A stretch of 64,000 nucleotides of DNA from Octopus bimaculoides (GCF_001194135.2 NC_068987.1:89417245-89481244); one strand, 5' to 3'. Counted from the stretch's first letter, positions 23,571 to 36,860 are shown. The notes: generated by a model not told the origin, from the sequence alone. A program made the numbers and translations.

Positions 23571-24039
23571 NNNNNNNNNNNNNNNNNNNNNNNNNNNNNN
23601 NNNNNNNNNNNNNNNNNNNNNNNNNNNNNNNNNNNNNNNNNNNNNNNNNNNNNNNNNNNNNNNNNNNNNNNNNNNNNNNNNNNNNNNNNNNNNNNNNNNN
23701 NNNNNNNNNNNNNNNNNNNNNNNNNNNNNNNNNNNNNNNNNNNNNNNNNNNNNNNNNNNNNNNNNNNNNNNNNNNNNNNNNNNNNNNNNNNNNNNNNNNN
23801 NNNNNNNNNNNNNNNNNNNNNNNNNNNNNNNNNNNTATATATAAGAAAAAAAAAACGTAATAAACGAAGCATAATTATCAAGATTTTATATTTAGAATTT
23901 CAGTTTGTATTTTACATATTTAAAAATATTATTCTATTATTTTTGCGGCACAACAAATTGCATCTTGCGGCACAAGTTGCATCTCGCGGCACACGTAAAC
24001 GCCTCCGTGCATCATTTGGATAATTACAGCATTGCACTG

Positions 24040-24200
24040 CTCTGTGTTAGTCGCTCGACCTGCTAGAAAGAGCAGCCAAATCTTCCTCAAATCTCACCTT
24101 ATCGTCATAGATAAGGAAAGGACGTATTATTACATAATGTGGTTGTGCATTATTTAAAGAGGCTGGATGGTTATGGTTGGAATTATTGATTACAAGCCTT
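24040..24200 (+). mobile_element. Family D SINE-like repeat
   Basis: GACCTGCTAGAAA.AGCAGCCAAATCT...GGATGGT.A.GG.TGGAA shared with 26235, 37062 and 44680. Confidence 0.7.
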
Positions 24201-24219
24201 CTAGGTGCCTTATGGACGA

Positions 24220-24640
24220 GAACACCACAACACTATCGCCATCAACAGCTTCATCACTCCAATACCGTCACCACCACTTGTAACCAGTACTAATACCACT
24301 CCCCCCTCTCTATCTATCTTTCTATTTCACTGCCATGACTATTTGACTATTTCTATTGCCACCACCACCGTCAACACTTCTACTATTATCATAGCACTGC
24401 AGCTACCTCCGCCACCACCGCTGTCACCGACGCCACCACCACTGCTACCGCAAATAACCAGTGACATCGCCGTCGCCAGAACCATTCCCAACTCAAACAT
24501 CAATAATACGCAGCCGGCGGCACAAAAACATCAAGTTTTGCTACTGCATCACCACCACCATCACTACTATGATCCTCATCATCATCATCACCGCTACATT
24601 AACTAACACTGAGCACTAATAATACTACATCATGCTACTA
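24220..24640. repeat. Degenerate (ACC/ACT/ATC)n low-complexity tract
   Basis: Trinucleotide-rich; produces the T/P/H-rich ORF 24205-24606. Confidence 0.7.
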
Positions 24641-25705
24641 CCAACGAAAACCTTCCTTTTCTCTCCTTCTCCTCCCTCTCTGTCCAATGTAGTAGCGGTA
24701 GGGAATGAGTGAGAGAAAGGTGTTGAAAGAGAGGTATTAAAAACAATGAAACAAACAAATAAATAATTAAAATGAAGAGAACATAAACAATAAAACAAAT
24801 TATAAAAGAAAAGTAGTCTCTGATTGGTTACAATTAATAAATTATTCCCGGGTAAGAAGTGAGAACGAAGGAAAGAGAGTAAAAGAGAGAGAAAAAGAGG
24901 AAGGGGGAGGGAGAGCAGCAGCGAAAAGGAAGAGAGAGAGAGAGAGAGCAGTTGTAAAAAGAAAGAAAGAGAGAGAGAGAAGGGTTGTTAAAAGAAAGAG
25001 AAAGAGAGTGCAGTTGTGAAAAGAAAGAAAGAAAGAGATAGAGGGAGTGCAGTTGTGAAAAGGAAGAGAAAGAAGGAAAGAGTGCAGTAGAGAGTCCAAC
25101 AATATTGGAGACTCTTGTTTGAAAGCGTGTAGCACTTGGTCTTACAATACGCAGCTTCCCCCCCTCCTTTATATGATTTCGTCATAAGAAGCTGTTTGCC
25201 GACTTTGATACTTGCTCAATATTTGCCACACGCACTGATATTATTCCCACACTCACACACACACACGCACACACACACACACACATTCACATTCACACAC
25301 ACTCACTGCCGCTGAAGATCAACTTGGTTTAATTATAACAGTAACATAAGCATATAATCACACACAAAACAATATATATTCACTCACATATAAACTCTCA
25401 CATTAATTTACATTAAAAATAATATTTAAACGATAAAAGCAATACTCAAAATACAAATCTCGCGATTTTAATTGAACACACGCGCACACAGGTATTCATT
25501 AAATGCACATTTATTTCATTTATCAATCGATAAACCATTATTCAACAAAATCAATCAACAGAGTAAGTGTTTGACGTGCAAACAGACATATCTGGATACT
25601 ATTGTTTCATTGCCCGAGTTGCCTTTTTTTTTCGCCGTCTGCCTAAGTGCCACTACACACCATACATAGTACGGCCTTTCCACACATCACAGAAAAAGCC
25701 AAACC

Positions 25706-25742
25706 ATGAAAACGTTGGTCGGAATTATAGTTCTCTTAACAG
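25706..25742 (+). CDS. Putative first coding exon encoding a signal-peptide start, MKTLVGIIVLLT
   Basis: ACCATGA start context, basic residue then hydrophobic core, CAG|GTGAGT consensus donor, phase 1, unique sequence. Confidence 0.55.
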
Positions 25743-25876
25743 GTGAGTTTCCAAAATGCTTTATTATTTCATTATCTTCATCAAACACTACAAGATCACC
25801 CTTCTTTCAACATCTAGAATTTCACCTATCATTAAAGAACATATAAGAAAAAAATGGGGGGGGGGGAAGAAAAGCT

Positions 25877-25962
25877 TAATTAACCCCCTCCCCGTAAGAT
25901 GACAATTTGGTGTCTGTGAATATAGGCACAAAATTGTCATTTTACAGAGGTTTTATTTAATT
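25877..25962 (+). ncRNA. Pre-miRNA-like hairpin
   Basis: GTAAGATGACAATTTGGTGTCT, loop GTGAATAT, AGGCACAAAATTGTCATTTAC; imperfect lower stem. Confidence 0.3.
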
Positions 25963-26234
25963 GGTTTGCACCAAAAACTACACATTCTCAATAAGCAAAC
26001 GCGTTTAGCATTATCGAAAATGAGAACTAGTTATCCTAATTTCAAAGTCAGTGGGAATACCTATTGCTTGTTTCTTAGAATCCAGTTGTTCGCATGTTCT
26101 TCACAACTGTACTGCAATCACGTCATGATGCTTCAATATTTCTATCGACTCGCTCATTCGCATCGATCTCTCTCACTTTACAATCAACCGGTACTTCTCA
26201 CTAAATTCTTCCCGGGCCAACGAACAAGCTACAC

Positions 26235-26410
26235 GATCTGCTAGAAATATCAGCTAAATCTCCTTCGAATTACAACCTACTCTCTTACATAACATAGTTC
26301 TGTCCTGGGTTATCTGCACGTTGGAAAAGACGAGATGGTCACGGCCGGACTGAAATTCATTTGATCATAGATCTGTTCGATCAGGATTGACCTGTAGCCT
26401 GTAACAGCTG
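26235..26410 (+). mobile_element. Family D repeat
   Basis: GATCTGCTAGAAATATCAGCTAAATCTCC...GATGGTCACGGC...TCGATCAGG. Confidence 0.65.
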
Positions 26411-26912
26411 AAATCTTACTCTATACAAGTGACCAGCTACTGTTTGTCAACTACTCATCGAGGTAAATCGGCCTCTGAGCCGAGATGGCTCCCTTTATAA
26501 TAAATGTAATACTCTATTTTGTTGCATTTTGGATCGAGTACTTTTTCCATCTAATTTGAAAAGTAAAACTTGTGTGTATGTGCGTGTATAATTTATTGTG
26601 TGTGTGTGTGTAGGTCAACACAAAACTACCATTTCCATTTTACTCAAACATGACTTATAGATGATGAAAATAATCTCTTTAATCTTTCGAAGAGGAATAG
26701 CTAAATGATAGGTTTTCAACATGCAATCAGAAATATAAGCGCGGATTCTGTTCTGCAGTGTTCCCACCCATGCAGAACATTTTTCCCTCTGCATTATTAC
26801 AATCCAGGTGTATCTGTCGACTTGAGTATAGCTATAACATATTCCCTCAAAAGAAGTATTACTTAAATATTGAGAATGCTGTGTTAAAAGCATGATACGA
26901 AAATTAACATTG

Positions 26913-26965
<53 letters not shown>

Positions 26966-29834
26966 NNNNNNNNNNNNNNNNNNNNNNNNNNNNNNNNNNN
27001 NNNNNNNNNNNNNNNNNNNNNNNNNNNNNNNNNNNNNNNNNNNNNNNNNNNNNNNNNNNNNNNNNNNNNNNNNNNNNNNNNNNNNNNNNNNNNNNNNNNN
27101 NNNNNNNNNNNNNNNNNNNNNNNNNNNNNNNNNNNNNNNNNNNNNNNNNNNNNNNNNNNNNNNNNNNNNNNNNNNNNNNNNNNNNNNNNNNNNNNNNNNN
27201 NNNNNNNNNNNNNNNNNNNNNNNNNNNNNNNNNNNNNNNNNNNNNNNNNNNNNNNNNNNNNNNNNNNNNNNNNNNNNNNNNNNNNNNNNNNNNNNNNNNN
27301 NNNNNNNNNNNNNNNNNNNNNNNNNNNNNNNNNNNNNNNNNNNNNNNNNNNNNNNNNNNNNNNNNNNNNNNNNNNNNNNNNNNNNNGGGGATTTATGAAT
27401 ACGCTTAGGTAGTTTGATAAAATAATTTATTCGAGTTTTTAATAGCTGCATTGAACCTATTGTGTGAGACGAAGGTTTCGATCACAAATCTGTTGCTTTC
27501 AGTGTAAGAGATTTACTATCTGGTTTGGCATTTAAATGTTTATAAGCATTAAGGTTTATCGCATTCAAGCTCAGATTTGCATCAGAGGAGAGGAATGGTT
27601 GGTTAAACGAACCCCACAAAGTAATTAGTAGCATTTTTTCTTCTTTTTTTTTTTTTGCTATCGAAGACCCCCCACCATCTCTGTAAAAGTGATCGGAAGC
27701 AAAGTCACCTCCACATGATTTGAGCTCTGAATATTGTGGGAGAAATCTAGAATTTTGTTCGATGCCCTACGTTTCTGCCACGCCAGTCAGATAGACATTC
27801 TTATAATGAAGTTAACGTATATAAATAATGACAAAAAGTTATCAATTTGAGCGCAGATAGAACCTAGGAATCATCTTGCTATACTCCTATCATTTATCTA
27901 TGATTTAATATCTTGAATTATTTGATATTACTGTAAACTAATTATCTCTCCAAACTTATTCTAGAACTATGTATAAAAATCAATTACTAGCTGATTACCT
28001 TAACTAAATGTGATGCCTGTAAACCGTGATTTCTGCTGTTGATGCGACAAGGAAACAAAAAAAGTGTAGCACTAATGTCTTGGTTGTGTAGGCGAAATAA
28101 TTGCATTTGATCAGATAGTGAAGCCGAAGCACGGACAGGGTATGTTTGGAACCTATACTTTTAAATTGTTAAACATTCGATCGATGTAAATAGCTTCTCT
28201 TTTGCTATCGACAATCTTATGTCACAATAATGGACATTTATCGATTTTAGAAATCGTGGATATATAATTTAATTATTGTACATTTTATAAAGAATTTCAT
28301 ATTTTAGTAGTTTAGTAGCTTAAGATGAAATGAGCGATCATAATGATTGCTTTAATGAAAATTTCTCAAACTGGCTCCGACGGGATTTGAACCCGAGTCT
28401 AAAGGAACGAAACTAATTCACAGTAAGGCATTTCACAATCTGGCGCTCAACTTTTTCCATCAGAGTACCACGTTTTATAATAATCACCTTTGCCTGAATA
28501 CGGATATATATTGTATTAATATAACCAATATGATTGATATCCCTCAGACGGATCAAGATTGCTGTTAATCCTGCTAGAATCAGAACTCTGAACATTGAGA
28601 CAACCATCGAATGAGCAAGAGTCACCAAGTTCTTTAATATTTTGGTGTTCTTTTTTACTCTGAATGAGCTGTAATAGTGACTTCTATATCATTCACAGGG
28701 TCGTTAAATTTATTTAGGAAATTCCATTATATAACGTTCAGGCTTTTTCAAGGTCATTAGCGGATGTAAATGAAGTGAAAACCTTAAACAACAATGAATT
28801 AAGAGAACGAACTTGGCTGGCCTTTAACTTCCTTTATTAAAAGGCGTTTGATATACGAACCTTTGACAGTGCTTAGAAACCCTAAAGAAATAAATTCCAA
28901 GGACTTTCAAACTTCATTAAATAATGAAACCTGAAATTTAAATATATTTAAAGAACTTAAATCACTAAAATATTAAAAGCCGTTGATAACAGAATAACTA
29001 AATTAGCAAGGGAAAATATTGTGACTTAGTCAATGCTTAGGTATTTCATTGCATATCACTGGGTTTTTTTTTTTCTTTTAACAAAATCACTTCTAGCTGT
29101 TGCGAAATCCTTTCTCTGCGGAAAAAACAGTTTGGAAAACTCCCGATAGTTAATCGATTCGATCTTAGCTGAACTTGAACTGAGAAACGTAATATAATGA
29201 AATAAAATAGCACAAATAACCTGAGATATTTTTTAAAGACTGTAGAATAATTTTGCTGTATGTAAAATTTACTATATATATTATATATATTTTTTATTAT
29301 GAGGGAAGGTGTTACTTAACTAATGTCCTTCAGGTATTATTTCTTAAAGAAATAGTTTTCATTTGGGTTGGTTATTCATATTTTTTTACTTGGAAGTCAG
29401 AAATTCTGGGTCGTAGATATATGGAATTGATTTCGTATTTCTAAGTGTACTTATCGATCTGCATCCCCATCTCTATTTAGTGCCACGCATTCGGCGAAGT
29501 ATTACTTAATATTTTTTTAGCTTCATTTATTTTTTAATGTTTATCTTCTCGCCAACAACGAGACAGCTTTCTGTTATCCCTTATCTGAGATTTTACACAG
29601 AGATTCACCTTTCTATTCATCAGTTTTCAAACATGATTTATTCAATCGCATATATTACACTTATGATTATGAATTCTAACATTATTTTACTTTTCTAATA
29701 GTTAGAGCAAGAGAAATGATAAGCACTGGAATAGATAGTGATGGTGTTGGCATGAATGAAATGGTTTAGTCATTTCACAGTACAAGAACATTAGCGTAAT
29801 CTCTTCGGAAAAATATTTGTTTCCAATTTATGTA

Positions 29835-29975
29835 TAGGGCCAGTAATTTTGAGGGTAGAGGGCTTGTCGATTATATTAACACTAGTTCTTGACTGGTGCC
29901 TTATTTTATCGACGAGATTTGAGCTCAAAACGTAAAGAACCGGAAAGTACCGCAAAGCATTTCTTAGGACGTTCT
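29835..29975 (-). mobile_element. Family B SINE, diverged
   Basis: Reverse complement of ACGTTTTGAGCTCAAAT...GTCGATAAAATAAGGCACCAG. Confidence 0.6.
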
Positions 29976-32262
29976 TCCAAAATCTTCATGCAGAAGGTAC
30001 CCTGTTTGACATAAGTCAAATCTGACCATATAGTCCTATAAAGGAAACAAAATCGTTTGAAGAATGTTTGCTACCACATCACCAATAACGGCGATGTGGT
30101 CCCCCAAAGTAGGCGTTGAGATTGGTCTTAAGACCACCCTCAGAGGCGTAATAAGACGTGAAGGGACGTTATGAGCGATGCCTCTTTGAATTTACTTTCT
30201 TAGTCTTATTATACACAGTGTTTCTGAGGATAAAGAGTAGAGCGTTGCTTGACAGGTGGTGGACCGAGAATGTTTTAGAGAATATCAAATTTGGGACTTA
30301 TCTGTTCAAATTTTTTGAAGCTTTTAGGGTTTAGTGCTAGAGATAGGATACTTTATGGAACAAGTTGGGTGACAATGTAGAAGCTTCCCCGTTGGCTATA
30401 ATAAATTATTTCCTTTCCTTTTGCTTGTGCTGGAAGAAATAATGAAAGATTACAAGCAACTCTTTTTCTGAAATGGTTAATTATTGACCTGACTACGAAG
30501 AACTGTATATAAAACCTATCAAGAGAGAAGCAATGTCTGTGACCTTTTCAAACTCACTCAGACCAACGAAGTCTATGCAATCATCACAAAAGCCTACTTG
30601 TACGAGTAGAGTAGCTATACAGTGCAAGAAGTAGCTTGAAGCTTGTAAAACTCTTTTCTTCCATGGTAACTTGCACTTCTTCATGTAGAAAACACACTTG
30701 AAAAATTGCCAATGTTATTTTAAATTACTTAATTAGTTAATCAGTTTCACACCAAATCAGTTGACCCATCAAATCGTTCTGTAGTTAGGTAGCTGCTTTG
30801 TGTTGACCATTCTTTGTTGAGAAGGCCTGATAAGACCAAAACCTACAAGAAATTGTCACCGTAGCTACCAAAGATCAGACTCACTGCCGCTTGTATATTT
30901 CACTATTTTTTTGTTGATTCAAATTCTGGAAGTTTTTCCTTCTTTTGGGAGAAATTTTCATTAACATTAATAGTCTTCTAACTATCTTAGTTAATTGAAA
31001 ATTATTTTCAGCTCACCATATTAAGCATGCTAGCTTGCACTTAAACTATAAGTGTCTGTATTCTTTTGATCAACAGTAACTGGACACGTTAGTACCCTTC
31101 ACTGCCCTCTCATACTTGATGTTTCTGGCTGTCTCATGAAAATGAAAGACGGACAGCTGCTGTTGGATGAAGCGAATAAATCTATAGTCATCTCACTGTT
31201 AAAGTTTCCACAATGTAATACAATGGAATTTACACTTATTCATCCTGTCCTTGTTAATATATCATTACTAATTTCTCAGCTGGAGCTGTAAATGTTTACG
31301 TCATTAATGCCCTTGGAAGAGAATGAACGTCAGATAGTCTCCTATCCTACTATATCCTACCATAGCCTACCCACTGCGAACACAAGTCTTCATACCTACG
31401 AAAGAAATCGATATCTCCTTGCTGAATGATATTGCTACTTTCAGTTTCAGTTTAGTAAACCGGACGGTATTACTCATGGAAAGTAATTTCCGACCTCCGA
31501 CTGCTACATCAGAACGGCTCAACGCACACATTTCAACAAGCCAAGAGATCAACGTTGTTTTAGTATACTAGACACATGAAGCTCAATAAAATTAATATAG
31601 TGATTTCTACAATACAGAACAAGTGACTAGATGAGAATGTAGCATAGTTTGCTTGAATAGAATCTCATATTTGGTAGCTTTGCTTCTCGCAGTTGTTATA
31701 GAAAGCCATATGTAGAGCAGCGAGCACAACGTTTCGTTGATGAATATTAAAATTAAAGAATTCTACAAAATATTTTTTTACTATTTTCACAAGACACCCT
31801 ATACATGTAAAATAAAAAGTACCCCTCCCATATACACACATGTATACATACGCATATGCACATATGCTCACATACATGTGCATACACGTTTTTCATTCTG
31901 ATTTCAAATTCTTTAAATCTTTAAAAAATATATCTAGATAAACTCACTATGTAGAGTAACTTTCACAAACTCGCTTATCCACCAGCAGTAAAATGTATCA
32001 ACATCATTGTATATATACTAAACATGATATATAAACCAAAGCGACAACATCGATAGCCAGTGTGGCAGTTACTTCCATTTCTTATACCAGCATGGGCAGA
32101 GCCGTAACCAACGCTTCTCAAACCGAACTACTTTATTAATGAGAAGACAAAATAGTTCGCATAAATACCTTTCTTATTTTTGGTGGACAAATTTAAGAAT
32201 TTTAAATCTTAATTTTTAAGCATCGCTATTTTTCCGCGTATTTTTCTGTGATCAGTAATAAG

Positions 32263-32432
32263 GTCACAGGGAAAAAAAGTCACTGAAGTCACAATTTTGG
32301 CTGGGAAAAAAGTCACAATTAATTTATGAGATCCGGATAAAACCCCTCTAGGACAAAACCCCCTCGTACAACCCCCACCCCAGACAAAATCTTTGTGACT
32401 TTTTTCCTGTGACTTTTTTTTTTTACCTGGAT
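32263..32432. mobile_element. DNA-transposon relic with subterminal repeats (MULE-like)
   Basis: GAAAAAAGTCAC repeated on the left, GTGACTTTTT repeated on the right, GACAAAACCCC repeats in the middle. Confidence 0.4.
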
Positions 32433-34429
32433 TCTATTTTTCAACCTCACACTGGCTTAAACTCTGTAAATAACTTAGAGACAGGTGTACGAAACTGGAA
32501 ATGATCCTCAGTCTAAAATATTTTGGAGATTCTTACTATCACCGAATTGTCGAGCTTTTAGGTGCGATGTCTCCATTTACCAGGATGGTTACTTCATATG
32601 TTCGAATGATCTCTTTAATATTTACATGGATTTCCCGATGTCTTCTTTATGACAGCGGAAATATTGTTTGTGAAGCACAAAATCAAAGTTAGGATAGTGT
32701 AAGCTCAAAGTTGTAATGATGCTCAAGCGCTATCGTCATACAGTCTGATCCAATACCAAAATGTACAAAGACGACGATGTTAGAAGGAAATAGTTTCTCT
32801 GGCCTGAGGCTGCTGATTTGAAATGGTTTCTCTCTACGATCGTAGAATATGCATATATCTCACTAATGAAAGACGGCTTGTGCAAAATACTTAGAGCCTA
32901 ACGATATCATTTACTAGGTGTTAAAAATAGTGCAGTGCCAGAAATGATAGATGAAATGTTTTACTGTATTTAGTTTCCTTTGTCAATATTACGTGACTAC
33001 GTGACGGACCAGGCTATCAGATGTTGTTGCACATCGTTGGTCACAATGCGCTTCAAATGACGCCACTCCGATGGCTAGAAGCGGGCAGGCCAACATTCCT
33101 TTGTCAATATAAGGGGAATTGTAGAAAAGAATATAAGGTGAATTGTTGAATCAGAGATCGATATCTGCATTTTAGTTGGTGTCAAATTTAAGAAGTAGAT
33201 AAGTATAGTTCTGTATTTAACAATTTTTTTTAATATTTTATATTCAAAGCAGACTAAGCAGAGTTTTGGAGAGTTTTCCCATACCTCATGGGGAAAGTAA
33301 AGGCGTTTTTCCTTTGTTTTAGCATTCATGTATTCCATACAACGGAGATTACTATTCAGATTTTTTTAAAATTTAATTTTTTGCATTTGGACCCCCTTCT
33401 TTCGCATCTTTTCCCTTCCCATGAGGCATGGGACTTCAAAACAGTTATTCTAAAACTCAGCCAATAGTTTTTTTTTTTCAAAAGGCTATTCCTGCGTTGC
33501 TAATTCTCACTTATATCTGGTTAAGTTCGATAACCAAATGAGGCGGAGAAATTCGAACTATTTCGTCGTGCCTCTGCATTGCAGCCGTCTGCTAAAACAA
33601 ATTTAGTGTTAACAGCCGACCGCTTTTCCCTGCAAGTAACTGAGTCACATCGAAGTATTCAGCACCCTATACCAACTCTACAAATTTCTCCAAATTTTTC
33701 TACAACTTTTCCCCAGCTATAACTATCTTTTACACCAGTTGAAAATGACAATAAATTGTAATTGATTTATGAGAAAAAAAAAACTCTAGTTATGGATATC
33801 ATCGAGAAAGTCTGTTATGGGCGAAATTTGAAATGTTTTTCCCGCTAAGTCGTGACAGATCATAAAATTACATCGTCCTCTTGTCTCTTTCGCCGCACTC
33901 CATTCACTCTTGTCATCCAGCCTTCCCTATTCCCGAATTAGTCTCTTCTGATATTTACATTGGATGAGTCAGTTTTAAGTTATTCAGAATTATTTGTGTG
34001 ATGTCCATTAGCTTAGCTGGGGACGATAAGAGCGGTCCGCTGTGGACGACGCTTTTATGGGGACGGCACTTTTGGGTTTGTTGTGTAAGCCTATATAGGA
34101 GGCAGGGGGCGGTAAACTCAAAGACTACTCCGAGTGGCACTCACTTTGACTACGTCACTAGTGATGTCCCCAGATTTTAGCAACCGAGGCGATCTTCTTG
34201 TTTGTCCTGTGCATAACATGGGCACTGGCAAACCTATCACTACACCAATATAATGATTCTCTTATCATTAATTTAGCAAGTAGGAAGAAGTGTGTGCTTC
34301 GCTATGGAGGTTCAATGAAGTAGAAATACGTCCAGAGTTGTCGCCCGTACTTAACAGACTCGGGTTAAAATAATGTAAGTCACTGAGCTAACGTTTTCTC
34401 CTCATCACAAAAGTATTATAATCGTTATC

Positions 34430-34830
34430 ACGCCGGGCAAAATTCTTGGCATTTTCGCCTGTCTTTATGTTCTGGGTTCAAATTTCGCTGAGGTTTTGCC
34501 TTTCATTCTTTCAGGGTCGATAAAATAAGTACCTGTTGAGCACTGTGAGCGATGTAATCGACTAACCTAGTCCCCCCCTCCAAATTTCAAGCTTTGTGTC
34601 TTTAGTAGAAAGGATTACACACACACACACCACCTCAAGGTAGCGAGCTGGCAGAATCGTTAAGCACGTTGGACAAAAAAAATGCTTTACGGCATTTCTT
34701 CCGGCTCTTGACGTTCTGAGTTCAAATCCGGTCGAGGTCAGTTTTGCTTTTTATCAATAAAATAAGGTATTAGTGAAGTACTAGGGTCGCTGTAATCGAC
34801 TTTCCCCTTCCCCTTAAAAATTGCTGGCCT
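34430..34830 (+). mobile_element. Two tandem family B SINEs
   Basis: Two B-box plus Nin/Deu-like cores separated by (AC)n. Confidence 0.8.
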
Positions 34831-34834
34831 CAAA

Positions 34835-36440
34835 TCCTCAATGTATTGAAAAGACACCTACATAGATTGCATATCCGATTTGGACCACCAAGAGCTGCAG
34901 TTAAGTTCTGATCTTTGAGTCTTAAAATATCTTTTGACGCCTCCGTTAAAATTGCAGATCTTATGGCATACTCGACATTGAAAGGTGTGCACAGAAATAT
35001 AGGCAGAATAGTTAGTGGAGGTTCGTTTTTCACGGGTCCTCAAATGTGCTTTGAGCCCAGCAAAAGAAAGGAATGGTCTGTGACAAACTGTGAACACAAA
35101 AAGGCCACTGAAATCCATCTTCTCGATCGCAATATTCTTCTTTAAATCTGTTTTGAGTCTTGCATGTGTTATCCTGGTCTCCTCAGACGCTTTCACTCCA
35201 CTCCACACTTTTGTTCGCCATCCAGCTCGATCCGAAGTAAGGGTTTCTACGGCCTTTGGAGCCATTCCAAGTGACTTCATGGTAATCCTTGTGCCATCCT
35301 TAAACCGCTAATTAGGTTTGCACCGATTGTGTTTTCCCTCTGCAAGCTCGCCAAAAAATAGCTGTTTGGGTATGCGTTCATCCGCCATTCGAACAATATG
35401 GCTAGACCATCTCATTTGATTTTTTAGAATCATTGATTTAATTGAAGTGATACCTGCAGACGCAAAGACATCTGTGTCTGGAGTAAAAAGAAGCCCCATT
35501 TAATGTTTAATATGCGGCGAAGACATTTTTGGTGGAATCGTTCTAACAATTTGAAATGTCTTTCATAACACGTCCATGTTTCAGAAGAATGCAACAAGGA
35601 TGGTAAGACAAACGATTTGTAAAGAACCAATTTTGGGTTGTTATTTCTATGTCGTTGGCGCCAAACGCGTGACCCCAAACCACCAAATGCTTGTGTTGCC
35701 CTTTGAATTCGCAGATGTATTTCTGTGTCCAGATTCCGTCATTTTGTATAGAGCTTCCAAGGTAAATGATTCAACAACCTCAAGTAACTTACCCTTGACG
35801 AAAATTTTAGTGGGGTTGCAAACTGCACCACGGGAAGGTTGAAATATTACAACTGTTTTTTTTTTTTAAGTTGATGGTCAAGCCAAAATCATCACAAGCT
35901 GAGTCAAATGCAGATACAAGAGATTGCAGACTTGTTTCATAATGACTGACAAGATCGCAATCGTCAGCGTATAAAAATTCATTAATGAGTGAAGTAAAAA
36001 CCTTCGTTTTGAATTTCAGTCTAATCAGATTAAAAACATTGCTTATTGTTCGATATTTTATGTAAATACCCTCCTCGGAGTTTTGAAAAGCGTGTGACAA
36101 CACAACAGCAAAGTATATTACAAAGAGGATGGGTGCATCATGGTCTCCTTGCATTATTCCATTTTCCACGACAAAAGATTCAGAGAACCTACCACCAAAA
36201 TTAACTCTAGCTTTCATATCTTGATGCAAATTCCTGATCATGTTCACAATATTTTTTGGGGCAACCTATTTTCCTTAGAATGAACCAGAGCATTTCGATT
36301 AACAGTATCGAATGCCTTACTTAAATCAACAAAGTAATGGTATAGGGCAAGATTGTCTGATACTAAAGATACAATCAACTGCGCCCCTGGAGGAGCGAAA
36401 ACCACATTGAGACTCAGATACTATATTTGGAACTATAAAG
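34835..36440 (-). mobile_element. RTE-clade LINE remnant (RT and C-terminus)
   Basis: ESQCGFRSSRG, NGIMQGDHDAPILF, LYADDCDL, SSETWTCY, QMRWSSHIVRMADERIPKQLFFGEL, two C-terminal C2H2-like motifs; frameshifts. Confidence 0.9.
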
Positions 36441-36526
36441 GTATACATACATATGTACCAACTATATGCATGAGAATACATACATAAAACAAAACATACA
36501 AATCTGTACACATACATACATACATA

Positions 36527-36749
36527 CAGTGGTGGACTGGGTCTAAAAATATTGGTTGCTAGGAGATTAAGGGGGCCCACCTACAACTACAATGCTATCA
36601 TTTATTTATTTATTTATTTATTTTTTTGTTAAAAGTATTCTTTTCAATTGTCTTCAAACTTGAGGGGATGGGCCCCTATATATGGATTCTAATGGCGCAG
36701 GGGTCCACTTGCCATCGAGCAAGCTAGCAACCTGGCCAGTCCGCCACTG
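36527..36749. mobile_element. hAT-type MITE
   Basis: TIR CAGTGGTGGACTGG / CCAGTCCGCCACTG; 8-bp TSD CATACATA / CATTCATA. Confidence 0.8.
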
Positions 36750-36769
36750 CATTCATATATACAAAAATT

Positions 36770-36860
36770 GAAATTCCAATGAAGGAGCCTTGGATCTAGG
36801 TCAGAAACCGGTTCTTTCTCTATTGGCAAGAAATCTTGAAATAAAACTGAATAATGACAT
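36770..36860 (+). repeat. Family E repeat
   Basis: Matches 12765-12880. Confidence 0.7.

Noticed and set aside
28372-28450. tRNA gene (also the heads of families C and F)
   Set aside because: A/B-box-like motifs only, no cloverleaf; these are SINE heads
28413-28628. Hydrophobic minus-strand ORF (MFRVLILAGLTAILIRL) as a second signal peptide
   Set aside because: No convincing splice donor or recognisable continuation
30493-31552. Unique-looking short ORFs as host exons
   Set aside because: No recognisable domain or consistent splice signals; probably decayed TE or neutral DNA
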